64,000 bases of DNA from Owenia fusiformis (Eukaryota), in NCBI GenBank assembly GCA_903813345.2, contig CAIIXF020000001.1, forward strand, positions 29,822,001 to 29,886,000, in the 5' to 3' direction. This document shows, one piece after another, positions 48,359 through 62,265 of this stretch. The translations under genes and the position numbers were made by a program. Below the pieces are notes generated by a model, which saw only the letters and a list, made by a program, of their open reading frames with translations, did no database searches and was not told the DNA's origin. How positions within the stretch are numbered: position 1 is the stretch's first letter; every line of letters starts with the position of its first letter.

Positions 48359-48853
48359 TTTCAATGGGGACAATCTAGCCGACAATCTACCTAACACTCA
48401 TCTGCACGTCACCTCAATATCTTTGTTGTTTCCCTGACAAATGTTGACTATATATTTTGAAAAGTGAAGCTACTCATGTTATAATGTTGAACCCCGGGGC
48501 TGGACAACCAACCTTAACTCAATTTAATTTGGAGAGGGGGGGGGGTAAAATGGTAAAACAATTGATTAAATTTACTTACTTTTTTTCAACAACTATCAAT
48601 TTGTAAGGACAGATGTGAATTCCAATTGATATAAAATGTTCCCTTACTGAAAATATCATAGAAGTTTGCAGTCAGTAGTTTAAATCCTTCAGTATATATT
48701 TCATGAAAATGAAAAAAAAACATGGCGTAGTGTTAAATTATATTTTTGTAAAATGACCAATATAATCCATTCATTTTTTTGTTTAGTAACTATATCAGAA
48801 TTATTTATCATTCCATTAAAAGGGTCGACTCTTAATGGCAGGGAGATATGGAG

Positions 48854-51441
48854 GGTAGACTGTAAATCTAGTAAATCTAGTAAATCTCGTAAATCTAGTA
48901 AACCTAGTAAATCTAGTAAAATCTTGTAAAATCTTGTAAACTTTTTAGGGACCATTCATTTGATATCAATGTCAGTCTCTATGTAAGGTGATTATGATTC
49001 CTTTTACAACATTAGAAAAATACCTTCTCTGCATTAAAATTCGGAGTCATTCCTTTCATCAAATAATCAATATACACATTTTTTAACAAAATTGTGAAAT
49101 ATTATTATAAAAAAGAATGTTTAAGGGGCTGATATGATATGGCTTTAAACTATTAATTACAAGGAATACAAGGGACATATCACAGACTTGCCAACCTCCC
49201 GTTTTTTTACGGGAATCTCCCGTAAATTTTTTGTTTTTCCGTAAAAAATACCAAACTCCCGTACCGTTTTCTCCCGTAAAAACTCCCGTACCCTATTTCT
49301 ACTAAAATCTCCTGTAATTTTTAAAATAAATTATGGACTTAAAATCTCCCGTATTCTGGTATAACTCCCGTAAAATCTCCCGTATTCTTGGTATAACTCC
49401 CGTAAAATCTCCCGTTTTCTGGTATAACTCCCGTAAAATCTCCCGTATTCTTGGTATAACTCCTGTAAAATCTCAGTTTTTTGCTGTCGAAATCTACCGT
49501 ATTTAAAAGGAATTTGACAAATTTGTGACCTTGATTATTGCAGGCACGCTTCTTTCTTTTACTCCAAGAAGGATTGGCTCCCATGGTTCACTATCAAAAC
49601 TTTCATAAATAACTTAAAAGTACTTCATTGCCATGATTCAAATTGCTTTTCTGCGATCAGTTCGGTATAAGTTTGCACACCAAATGTCCACAAACGGAGG
49701 CCAGTTCATATTCTGTCATCTGTCGGGAGAATACATTTTGTTTTTCTATGGCGCTAAACAAAATATTCCCGCAATATAAGGCGCATTATGGGTAGGGACT
49801 GCTGTGAAATAATGAACGTAAGTGACATCTATCTTAGATTATAAGTTCTAATTAATTTATTAACTGGGCATGAGTCATAATAATTTCAACCAATTAAATC
49901 GCTGGATTTAATGCTCATGCGCGAAAAACCGAATCAAAAAATGGAACCTCACGCAGATTGCCCTTAGCATATAGTGAACGACACATATACATTTTACTTA
50001 GCATTGATCAATTCGTTTCCTAAGTAATAAAAACTCCCGTTTTTCAAAATCTAAAGTATAAACTCGCGTTTTTTCAGAAATCTACCGTAAAAACTCCCGT
50101 TTTTCAAAATCTACCGTAAAAACTCCCGTTTTTTCAAAATCTACCGTAAAAACTCCCGTTTTTCAGAAATCTACCGTAAAAACTCCAGTTTTTCCAGAAT
50201 CTACCGTAAAAACTCCCGTTTTTCAAAATCTACCGTAAAAACTCCCGTTTTTTCAAAATCTACCGTAAAAACTCCCGTTTTTCAGAAATCTACCGTAAAA
50301 ACTCCAGTTTTTCCAGAATCTACCGTAAAAACTCCCATTTTTTCAGAAATCTACCGTTTAACCTCCCGTTTTTTCAGAAATCTACCTTATAAACTCCCGT
50401 TTTTTTAAAAATCTACCGCAAAAACTCCCGTTTTTTCAAAACGTACCGTAAAAACTCCGTAAAAAAGTCACGTTTTTTAAAATTTACCGCGAAAAATACC
50501 TTTTTAAAAAAATCTCCAGTAAAATCTTCCGTTTTTTTCAAAATCTCCCGTAAAAACTCCCGTTTTTTTTCAAAATTTACCGCAAAAACTCCCGTTTTTT
50601 TAAAATCCCCCGTAAAACTACAGTTTTTTCAAAAATCTCCCGTAAAAACTCCCGTTTTTTTCAAAAGTACTCCCGCAAAAACTACCGGATTTTGAAAAAA
50701 ACTCCCGTAAAAGTACCGCAATTTTTTTTAAATCTCCCAAAAAAATTTCATTTTAGGTTGGCAAGTCTGTATCATCATCAAAACGTAAATGGAAAGCATT
50801 GTAGAAATGCCATACTATACTTTATGTATAGGTAAAGCAAATAGATCAATCAGTAAGTTGTCTCACTAGATTGCCCTTACTACAGCATTTGATTGTTTTT
50901 TATTATTTTTTGGGGGTTGGCAAAAATCAATTTTGAAATTGCCATTTATCCATTTCTCTCACATTGGAACTTCTACAAATATTGTCAATTGAACAGCATC
51001 GCCAAAAAATAAGCAATAACTAAATTATCTGATAGGCTAAGCATTATAACATTTTGTGAGGGAAAAACAAGCCTGTGTCATTTAGATGGTACGCATTGTC
51101 CCCTCAGTCCTTAAATATGTAACTTAATTTGTTAATAGAGCATGCTTCTTGGGTGGGTTGTGTATGATGATAAAATGGGTGTACCATTTGATAACCATTT
51201 TGTTATCCAGTACTAACATATAGTTGTTTTGTAACTAAATATAATGAAATAAAAGGTAGAATTTTTTCTACATGTTCATTTTATTCATACAAAGACATTT
51301 TCAGTGCATTTTCGACATTTGCACTTTATATCTTAGACATTGAATAATCAAGTTTTTACAAGATTTTACAAGATTTTACTAGATTTACTAGATTTACTAG
51401 TTTTACTAGATTTACTAGATTTACTAGATTTACAGTCTACC
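48854..51441. mobile_element. MULE/Foldback-like element with modular 9-10-bp repeat TIRs, TSD GATATGGAG
   Basis: GGTAGACTGTAAATCTA(GTAAATCTA)n and its inverse; 9-bp TSD at 48845-48853 and 51442-51450. Confidence 0.85.
49183..50769. mobile_element. hAT5-like element, TSD TATCA, nested in the MULE-like element
   Basis: CAGACTTGCCAACC / GGTTGGCAAGTCTG; ~29-30-bp TACCGTAAAAACTCCCGTTTTTCAAAATC array at 50030-50720. Confidence 0.85.
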
Positions 51442-54138
51442 GATATGGAGGTAGGTCCGGAAAGTCACTTTTATTTGCTTTTCCAGCCCCATGTCATTTG
51501 AATGGTAGCTTTTATCAAAAATTGCCAAAAGTTTCACTGTTTTCCTTGAAGATGCTGATTTGAGTATTATCGTTAATGGCAATTATTTCTCCAGCACTTT
51601 TTTATCACTAACATTTTTTGTGGTTAAAATAGATAATAAAGATAATTATCAAAACTCTCACTAATTGTCATATTTTCACTAAATCAAGAAAGTTTGGACA
51701 AATGTTCATCTGATAATATCAGATAATATTAATAATTATCAAAACTATAACTAACAGTTATAAATTTAGTTAAATCAAAACTATCACTTTTATTGATAAC
51801 TATTTCTAGCAAATGTTTCATGGAAAAGGGCCCGTGTGAAATTAGCATTATCTGATAATTTATAAAAACAATTGATAATTATCAAATCTATTGCTAATTT
51901 TGGTAATTTAACTTTTATCAAAACTATCACTTTTATTTATTATATATTTTTTCAGGCTGGCTGGTAACAATGAAATTATATATTTTCACTTATTGATAAA
52001 AGTCAGTTTCCGCACCTAAATGAAAATCCATAAGTGTTGAATTGCATGTGGTGATAATACCTTTACATACTTTATCTCTAAAATCTCAAATTTACATGCT
52101 TCATAATATTTATGGAAATGACCACACTTGATATTCACACAATGGGTACATGGACATGATGAATATAGTTCAGTAGTTAGCATGTCTTTTCTGCTGCTGG
52201 ATTTAATGATATAGCGATAGGGATATAGCGATGCTCAAATGGATTATCTGGCATACATAGTATTACTGAGTTATACATGAACATACAGGGATCATAGACA
52301 TTCACTTGTTTGCTTCATAATTCGACTAGTGATCCAAATTATCACACTGAAACTTGGATAAATGCTGAACTTTAACATCTTTTAAAATTTGAAAATTTTT
52401 AAACTTTAAAATTTCAGGGATGATTTTAAGCATTCTGGGTAAATGATAAGGCGATCATTTTGGATCTTCCATCCTGAATCTTGTGTACAAAGACTTATCT
52501 ACACGTTTACAGATGAACCATTTGAAAGATCGAATTCAACTTTTCAGATGTGATTCTTTGTATGAAAATCTCAAACTGATTAGTTTTGGGGCATTCTGGC
52601 AGATGTTGCAATTTTGATTTTTTTACCTAAAATCTTGTATTTTCAACTGATTAAAGAATAGGGCATAGGGGATAAAAACTCGAGGACCATCCATTGGTAT
52701 GGACATATTGTACATGTTTGTGTTCTTGTTAATAAGTTAGAATGGAAGAAAAAACTGGATTAATTTAAATACCTGCCATCTGGAGATCAGTAGCATATTA
52801 ATGAGAGAACAAATATATTATATGAAACAATATCCCATTCCCATTGAGTGAATTGCTCACGGGTAACACAATCTCTCCATAGCCAGGGGGGTGTGATGGG
52901 TCGCATCCCCTCCATAACCAATAAAAATAGAACCATTAGATAGTGGAAGAAAAGAGCCTTAAAATACTTTTTTAAGCTTCTAGCTCAATTTTGAGCAAAA
53001 TTGCATCAATTTTTGTAAAATCCAAAACAGATCTTATTTTTTTGTTTTGCCTTGCTTATGCCACGATCATGCCACCCACTTGATTGAAACCCAAAAATTT
53101 GGCAATCGCACCGCTGACTACGCCCCTGCTCTCCAATCTACACTAAAATGCCTTCCTCTTGCATGTAACAAAGCTATATTTTAGATAAACACCGTCTACT
53201 CATCCCGCTAATCATGAAATGTGTGTCTGTGCTCGACCCTTGGTGGTTAAACCTTCTAAATTCCATCTTTTAATTTGAAAGGAAGATATTTAAAATTCCA
53301 CATATTTTTTCTTGTGCTTGGGAAAAGGAATTCACAAATGGAGGGCTTCGTGACATCCCTATCGAACTTCATTTGCTGGGATAATGATATTGATAAGTTA
53401 AATTCAATTTTAGATATGTATTGCTTGAGGCCATCTTTTAGTCAAATTACTTACAGAAAACCTAAAGTGTGGCCCATAATGGAGTATAGAGGGTTAAGTC
53501 CACTTTTTAGTAATTTTGTGAAGCAAATGTCTAAAAGATGGCCCAGAGTCCAGTCCATCTTTTCTTGGGGCCAGTCCACTGATTAGAACATGCCGTAATT
53601 TGAGACTTAGTTAGAATCATGCTGCTGGAGAACCAATCATTCCTGACACAGTTGCTTGATGTAAAGTGCAGAACACCACAGAACAGGTAGATTTGATCTG
53701 AAAGTACAGAAAAATATATTCATTGTATCATGGGACATCCCATACATTAAATCAATATAATTTATTTTTTTACAACTGCAGATTGTATTCTTCATCATTA
53801 CTTTACATGGTGACCAAAAAATACTTTTACCAAAAAACTGAACAATTTCATTAAAATCTGTGAAATCAACCCAATTTTTCAGGCAGAGAAATAATAACAA
53901 TCTATAGATGACAATACAGCATCACATTCATATTACACAATGCCCTTGGAACAAAATGATACACAACGTATTTAGGTCTCTCAATATTGTAATAGTACAT
54001 AAGAAAGTTTGGTTCATTTAAAAAAAGTATCTTGTTAATGAAATAAAGGTTCACTTTAATTTTATCTATTTTAGTTTTTGTTTTAATTTTTACATACTGT
54101 AGGCTTGAGAGCTGGATACATTGTGATCTAGTTAGCAC

Positions 54139-54500
54139 CTTATTGTGATATAGCTACTTCCTTGTAATTTGCTCATCTGTTCTTATCAAGCAGCTTATTG
54201 TGTAGTAGCCACTTCCTAGTAATTTGCTCATTCATTCTTATCTAGCAGCTTATTGTGCAGTAGCCACTTCCTTGTAATTTGCTCACTCGTTCTTATCTAG
54301 CAGCTTATTGTGTTGTAGCCACTTCCTTGTAATTTGCTCATTTGTTCTAATCTAGCAGCTTATTGTGTTGTAGCTACTTCCTTGTAATTTGCTCACCTGT
54401 TCTTATCAAGCAGCTTATTGTGTTGTAGCCACTTCCTTGTAATTTGCTCATTCATTGATTCTGATCTAGTGGCTTATTGTGATGTAGCCACTTCCTTGTG
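54139..54500. repeat. 55-bp minisatellite, ~6.5 copies
   Basis: Unit GCCACTTCCTTGTAATTTGCTCA..TTCTTATC.AGCAGCTTATTGTG..GTA; CT(T/A)GTAATTT recurs at 54161, 54216, 54271, 54326, 54381, 54436. Confidence 0.9.
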
Positions 54501-54599
54501 AGTTGGCTTTTCATTGTGATCCAGCTCTGCTCCTCATTGCGATCTTGCAACTAGCTTTTAACTTGGTCTTTAACATTCATGCTGCTGCAAATAGATAAA

Positions 54600-57371
54600 A
54601 GGCATTTTCACGAATAAGTGACACTTTTCAATATTTCAACAGCATCCTTACTTATTCAATTTAAGGTATAAAAGAAAAACAATGCTTTCTAGAAGTTGGT
54701 ACCATAATGTTCTTATATGCACATCATGAAAAAATACAATATGTTGTTGCTTATTTCAAAAATCAACAAGTAATGACCCAAAATATGCTGTTTTTTGGTG
54801 TAACAAACATTTCACTTAAATTGTGACCATGTTCACATGATCACAGAAGGGCTAATATCATAGATCTATAGACAATTCTAATACCAAGTGGTAGCTAAAT
54901 CATTTATCTTAAATATGTTTCTTAAATTGTTTCAAACACTGTCATATTGCCCAAGTTATAACCGTTTTTATGTCATGACTACTCTGTAACACTTTTTCAT
55001 TTTTTGGAGAGGTATTTAATGTTTTTTAACACAGAAAATCTGTAGCTGAATATTTCCCTTCATATATAATGATTTTGAATAGCTAACATATTCATATATA
55101 ACTTATAAAAAGCTTTTCACATGGAATTGATTAATGGACAAATAGCAAATAAAAGTTCTGAATCATTTTTTAGGAGTCACAAACCATGAGGTGTCCGTAA
55201 TGGCAAAGTTTCTACAATTTACACAGTACTTATATCTTAACTATTATTATTTTTTAATGAAATGAACATAACTTATCAATCAAATAATAATTTAACAGTG
55301 ATTGACCTCTTACTTTCTGATACAGAAGCAGATATGGTGTCTGAAATGTAGTGAGGTGTCCGTAATGCTACATAGTTTCTCAATTCAAATTGTAGAATTA
55401 GCTTACTTTATCCCCAAAATCACTGTTGAATACTTCCCAAGTATCTCTCTACACATGTTTATTAAATTTAAACTGGTATTGCCACTGAAAATATTGAAAA
55501 AAATGTTACCATAAGCTAAGGGGGTCCATTTTACAAACATATGTACTGATTAAAAATGAGGCAGAAATTAATTAAAATTGATTTAAAATTCAAAGTCTTT
55601 ACTGGACATATCGAGTCAAAACTAGATTTAACTTTTTGAAATAAATAGAAACAAATAAAAAGAATAAATAGTTTTTAAAAAACATTACGGACACCTCAAG
55701 CCTATTGATTTAATGTTTATAACAAAAATAACCCATTTTCAAAGTATTAATTAACCTTTATGAGTAAAAAATGGAGAAAACAAAGTATCCAGAGGAGGAA
55801 AAAGATATTAGGTTAAAAATACAAACCAACAAAAGAAAATAAGAGGAAACATGTACCAGAAAAAAAAGATTTAAAAATGTTGCACTTGAAAGGCAATTTA
55901 TCTAATAGTTATATTGTTCAAAGGTTTAAACGCATTGTTCTGAAATGAGTTTATGCTGAAAACACATTCTGAAACGACTCTTGGAGTATCAAAAAAGCAT
56001 TGCATCAAAAGCCATGATATTTGTAATTCATATAAACACACTTTACTTTACTTGTATAGTGGAGATGATGAGTTTTATTTTTTGTGACAACTAGACCAAA
56101 GAACAGGAAGTACCCAAAAACAGAGCAGCAAGGGTGCTTTGAGTTCATTTTGGTTAAATATATGAAAAGCATAATTTATTTTCAATTTTATATATCTATT
56201 TTAAATTGTTTGTGTCATTTGATATACTACACCTTTAAGTTTGAAGTGTAGTCAATTTTTTACCTTGCCTTGTTCTTTCCTTAAGCTTGTGTTCATTGAT
56301 TTGAATTGCCTAATTTGGCGGGTATGTGTCTTGAAGCAAGACTAATTTGTTGGACAAAACTAAAACAGTAATATGGTTCCAATAGAACGATATTACCACA
56401 TAACATTCTCGTCAAAACATACCTAATTGCAACACAAACAAGGGTATAGTAATCAGTGTAAACTGAGATATCCATAATGTTTGAGATAAATGACTACAAT
56501 TAATTGAATAATTAAATGGGACCATATCCAAGTGATTTCACTTCTTAAAATGTTCAATCCAGGTACAGATTGTTTTCCTCTTGTTATCTTGCTCAATGTT
56601 TAGTATATGCTGTTAAATCATACTTTTCTTTGTAAAATTCAATGTATGTCTACATATGTATTTTATAACTTGGCAAGTAGGCTAAATAAAGTTCATTAAG
56701 CATACATATTAAATTATTTTGATCAATAATTGTTATGAAAAGGTTTTTATACATATATATCTTCAAACAAAACTTACTTTTGCGACCTAAAACTGAAAAG
56801 AATTTAAAACAAGCAAATTTGAGGTGTCCGTAATGCTATCTCATCATCATTTAAACATAAATTGACAGATTTTGAAAAAAACACAGATAATTCAGTGGAT
56901 AGCAATTGAAAGACCATGGCATAATCCACAAAATTTGATACTTTTTTTGGGGCTGCAATGTGAATTTATCTAATTATGTGACTTTATTTTGTGACATCTA
57001 ATTCATTAGGTGATGAGGGAGACATGTTCAAAACAAATATTACTTTTTCTTCAAATTTTGCAGCCAATTGTTGTACAAAATGAGTTATCAATGATATAAG
57101 ACTTAAAAAAATATGTCAGAAACAAAAATATTCATGTTTTGAATGTTGGTTTGTAAGCATATTGAGAGTGAATTGTCCGTAATGCCAATTTCAGTACCTA
57201 TAAAGAGGACAGTTTTTTGTAAATTTGCAGATGCGGATACTTAGGAATTTTTACATCATCAGAAGCCCAACATATGAAAGTGTAAAAATCTTCATAAACA
57301 ATAAGGAAAACTTGAAAAAAAAAATTTGACATTTTGAAATGGAAAAGTGTCACTTATTCGTGAAAATGCCT
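54600..57371. mobile_element. 2.8-kb Kolobok-like non-autonomous element, TSD TAAA
   Basis: Perfect ~30-bp TIR AGGCATTTTCACGAATAAGTGACACTTTTC; GTGTCCGTAATG motif repeated internally; no coding capacity. Confidence 0.75.
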
Positions 57372-57568
57372 TAAATATAAAAGACAATATAATAAGAACT
57401 AAAATAAAATGAAATTAACAAAGGGGATGACATGCACACTTGTACAGATCCAATTTCTAAATCATTGGTCAAGATACAACAGTTAGATATTTGGGTGAAG
57501 TTACAAAAACAAGGAACTTAAAGAGAATTTTGCAATTTGGCAATCCTTCTGAAAGTACATACACTGCA

Positions 57569-57759
57569 CAGGGGTGGATCTGGGAACCAACAAGGGGGGG
57601 GGGGGCCAAATTTCAGGTCTGAGAAAAAAGAACAAAAATTGGGGCCCCTAAAACCAAAAAGTGGGCCTGAATTTTGAAATTTTGAGGCCCACTTTTTGGA
57701 GCCTTGTGGCCTTTTTTGGCCCAATATATTTTTTGGGTCACCCCCCAGACCCGCCAGTG
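57569..57759. mobile_element. hAT5-like MITE, TSD CTGCA
   Basis: Same family as 26612-26861, inverted. Confidence 0.7.
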
Positions 57760-58380
57760 CTGCATTGGCCATTAGAAACATTTTTGCCTCATGGACAGAA
57801 AGACTAAGAGATGTGTTATTTATGGTCACCACGCCATAATATTTTAATGCAAGGCTTCAAAGCATATTTTTTCAAATTAAAGAAAATTCCTGTTTTCATG
57901 ACCCCAATACAGGCTGGAAAACATGAAATGTTTGTGAAATATTGATTTAATTGTTTGTCATATATATTATAGTACAGGGTGACACAAAAAATGACACCCT
58001 CCTTACATTATATAACTTGTTTGTCTATAAATATAAAGACTTGCACTTTGGTACATTTAAAGTAGACATAATGCGAAAGCACCTCGAGAAATTTCAGATG
58101 TGTAGCTCAAGTGGGTCCATTGTTATGAGCGTTACAATATATGTTCCATAAGACATCCACTCCTTTGCAGGCAAACTTGAATTCTACGGGCAAAGTTGTT
58201 GATTACCCTTACACATTGAGATATGGCTCTGATCTTCCTTGTAATGTCTATCTTTAAGTCAGCTATGGTTTGGGGACTATTAATCATCATTTCTAATTAA
58301 CCTTTTGCGATCAGAATTCAGGTATTATTTTGTTTATGGATACTGTTGTCATGTATTTCGTCATATTGGTGTGACGTCAT

Positions 58381-58874
58381 CAGGGCTGTCAACTTGGGAC
58401 CACCTAATATGAGTGACTTACAAATGTTGGACACCGAAGTCCAAATCTGAACACTTTTGTCCAAATTTTGAACACCTTTGGCCAACTTTTAAACACCTTT
58501 GGCCAAAGTTTGAACACCTTTGCTAAACTTTTATCACCTCAAATTTTTCGCGCTCGCTACGCTCGCGATGTCGTGAACGGGGGGGGTGGGGGGGGGGGTA
58601 GGTACGAAAATTTCCAATGAACATGCGTGATATATACGGGATTCGCGTGACAAATCCGAACAAATTGCGTTCGTTTGTTTCCGACGTTCGTATTTTTACC
58701 GTATCATAAACATATTTTGAAAAATTTTTTACAGAAACATATTTGCGTGACAATTACCAGGTAAAATGCGTATTTGCGTGACATTTTGTGTCACGCAAAA
58801 AAAACTGGCGTGACTTCAAATTCTTCAGCAAATGCGTGACAAATACGCAAATTGCGGGACAGTTGACAGGCCTG
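58381..58874. mobile_element. hAT6-like MITE, TSD CGTCAT
   Basis: CAGGGCTGTCAACT / AGTTGACAGGCCTG with a 6-bp TSD. Confidence 0.8.
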
Positions 58875-59338
58875 CGTCATATAGAAATGATATTAGACAT
58901 GATGTCATGTAAAATACGCATTTTACCTGATTATTGTCCAGCAAAAATATTCCTGTAGAAAAACTTGCAAAAAATGATCGCCGATATAGCACAAAACTGA
59001 ACGCCGAAAAAAAACGAACGCATTTCCTTCGGACTTTTCACGCAGATACCGTATATGTCACGCATTTTCCTTGAAATATTTCATATATTTGGTAGGGATT
59101 TATCCATCATTTGCAGGTATGAAGCTTTGGATTCATTTATTGTGCTACTTAAAGTAAATGGGAATTATTTTTCTACCGCTTGGGAGAGTTTGAGACACGA
59201 AACTTAGAATTTAGCTCATTTTGACAACTTTTGAGGGTTGAGATTTATTTTTGTCCCCACTTTACATCTATACTCTAAAAAGTATGCTGTTCGACGATCG
59301 AAAAATCCATTTTCTGAAAAAGTTCATGTTTTCCTTCT

Positions 59339-60027
59339 AAACCAGAACAACGGCAACGCCAAAGTGTAGCGAATCCCATCGAACAGAAATGGCTGGCATT
59401 TTTACAAACGAAATATAGAGCAAATATCATAAAATAACATACATAATTTTCAAAATGGCCGCCTTCTGCCAAAGTGTTATTAGACAGTGTACCATGCTTA
59501 TGGTATTCACAAACCAAATAAGAATAAAATCGCTCCACTACTTTTTGAGTTATAGTAAAATATGTTAAAATGGCGGCTATTTTTCAAAATAGCAACCTCC
59601 TACTAAAAGTGTCATTAGACAGTGAGCCATATGTAGTATTCACATACCAAATATGAACAAAATCGCTCCACTACTTCTTGAGTTACAGCAAAAATCGTAA
59701 AATAACGAGTAAAGGCCGCCATTTTTCAAGACTGCTGCCATGTGCTTCTTTAACATCTACATTTCTAGCTTGATCAATGTCCTATATAATTTTTTACATT
59801 TAAAACATATATTGCTATTACAGTTTTACATATTGCACCTAAATTACTGTAAAATCGGCACTAAAATGGCCGCCATTTTTAAATGAGCGGCCATTTTGAA
59901 TATCGGCTTTCGAGCAGAACTTTTACTCCCATAGGGTATATGTGTACAAAATATGAACAAAATCGGGCCAATGGTATTTGAGTTATTGCCCGGACGGACG
60001 GACGGACGGAGGCGTTCCCTATATCCC
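59339..60027 (+). mobile_element. HINE-like element, 3'-truncated
   Basis: Same 5' end as the copy at 12406; stops after (ACGG)n..CCCTATATCCC. Confidence 0.75.
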
Positions 60028-60132
60028 AATCACATAGTTTTATGGCCAAGTGTTTTTATCCATTTCATAGCTAGGAACAGAAATACTCCAAAATCGATAC
60101 GAACTTTGAAAGAGAGGTCAGTCATTTTCTTC

Positions 60133-61075
60133 GGGTTTGTAGAAAAAACCGGGTACCGGGTACCGGGTAGTAAATCCTCCATGCTGGGTTCATACTTGGT
60201 ACCCGGTCAAAAAAACCGGGTACCCAAAAAACGAAAAATATGAATATACAACTAATTAGATCATTTGAAAACGTGTAAGATTTGTTTTGAATATACAAAA
60301 ATGTATGTAACTTCCCTCAAAATTGAGCCAGAAGCTTCAAATGAAAAGCATTTTAAGGCTCTTTTCTTCCTCTATCATCATGGTCATATTTTCATCGGTT
60401 ATTAGGCCTGTCAACTGTCCCGCAATTTGCGTATTTGTCACGCATTTGCTGAAGAATTTGAAGTCACGCCAGAAAATGTCACACAAATACGCATTTTACC
60501 TGGTAATTGTCAAGCAAAAATATATCTGTAGAAAAAATTTCGCCGATACAGCAAAAATACGAACACCAAAAAAACGTACGCAATCCGTTCGGACTTTTCA
60601 CGCGAATTTTTCGTCACCTGTAATTTCAATAGTTCGTATGTTGGTACGTGAAGTTCGTTACTTTAGCAGAGAGGTGACGTGTGTTAATTTACATGATGCA
60701 ACGTGTAAGATTTTGATTATTAATCATAATTTAAGTTATCCCAACGTCCACTGAAGTGTAAATTGTTACGTCTTACAATGTCATAGGCGATGGCACCCCA
60801 CCCCATAACCTATGAAAATATGACCATGATGATAGAGGAAGAAAAGAACCTTAAAATGCTTTTTATTTGAAGCTTCTAGCTCAATTTTGAAGGAAGTTAC
60901 ATACATTTTTGTATATTTAAAACAAATCTTACACGTTTTCTAATGATCTAAATATGTTATATAATCGTATTTTTCGTTTTTTGGGTACCCGGTTTTTTCG
61001 ACCGGGTACCGGGTACCAAGTTTGAACCCAGCATGGAGGATTTACTACCCGGTACCCGGTTTTTTCTACAAACCC
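60133..61075. mobile_element. MULE-like element (~270-bp TIRs), 9-bp TSD ATTTTCTTC
   Basis: GGGTTTGTAGAAAAAACCGGGTACC.. and its inverse; internal captured hAT6-like fragment. Confidence 0.85.
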
Positions 61076-61310
61076 ATTTTCTTCACAAAAATTCTCATTG
61101 CCCTGTGTTTGAGTGAAGTCAGATTTCAAAATATTGGGCGAGTTTATCTAACAGGGGTGAAAAATTACATTTATTTTGACTTAGTTCAGTCATCTCCTCG
61201 AGAGCCCGGTGAAGATGTACGACCAAGTCTGATAATTTCTTCTACCACATAAAGTGAGGAGCTATACTTGTAACTCCCTATTGTAAAGAAAGATGGCAGT
61301 GTTTGATACA

Positions 61311-61563
61311 CCAGCGGATCTAGACGGGGCGTGGGGGGCGCACGCCCCCTAAAAAGCCTTGGTTTGGAATTTAATTATTAAATAAAGCAGATTTATTTAA
61401 AAATCAAATTGTAATTGTAATTGTAATTCATGCATTTAGACCATCGCTTGTGTTACATTGACATAATTTGTGTTTTGCCTCATCGCTTTTTTCAAAATTT
61501 GACTCTTCGCCCACAGTTATTATCACACGGCCCCCCTTACACAAAATCCTGGATCTGCCCCTG
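61311..61563. mobile_element. hAT-like MITE (CAG(G/T)GGCGGATC family)
   Basis: CCAGCGGATCTAG..GGGGCGCACGCCCCC ... CCTGGATCTGCCCCTG. Confidence 0.5.
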
Positions 61564-61845
61564 TAATATATACATACCTTGTCCCCTACTTTTCGACGAG
61601 TCCATTTTTCAATGACGTCATGTTTCTTAGAATCTCTAATTCCATGTTGGAATTTGAGACGAATGCGAGGGAGAAATGATTTGCGTGATATGAGAGAAGG
61701 GGGATTTCTATTCAATTTCCTGTGATTAACTGACAAAAGGTAGGTGGCGCTAGTTAAGGCATCGGCCAAACTTATGTGGAGGGAATACTAAGGCCAACTG
61801 AGCGAATAAATGGATTTTTTGATTGTCGAACACCAGGGTTTTTAG

Positions 61846-62216
61846 AAGAGGTGTCACGGATACCCGATTTCGTTCCGATCCGCGGAATTATGCCCTCGCA
61901 ACGGTACACAAATTGAGAATTTCGGTTCGGTTCCGGAACGAGAACATTTTAGCCTTTCACAACTTTTGGCCCTAAATCGCCACAAAACAGCATTTTTATT
62001 TCAATTTTTGCACCAAAAGAGGTTCATTCTTTTCACTCCTTCTCATTGAAGAGTTTTGAAGAGCTTTTCGCTACCACTATAGACCTAGATGATCAACTTA
62101 TTCTGATCTTATACACGCAGTCACTCTGTTCCGAACCGTTTCGAAATTGTTCCGTTCCGAGGCAAAATGTTCCGAACCAAACTGTTCCGATTTTTTTTTG
62201 TTCCGTGACATCCATA
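61846..62216. mobile_element. hAT-like MITE with GTTCCG subterminal repeats
   Basis: AGAGGTGTCACGGA / TCCGTGACATCCATA ends. Confidence 0.55.
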
Positions 62217-62265
62217 GGCTAAGGGAAAAGTAATAGTAAGCTGTATATTAGAAGATACAGTGTCT

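Noticed and set aside
54139-54500. CRISPR-like array or coding repeat
   Set aside because: There are no unique spacers, the 55-bp period is not a multiple of 3, stops occur in the translations tried, and the context is eukaryotic.
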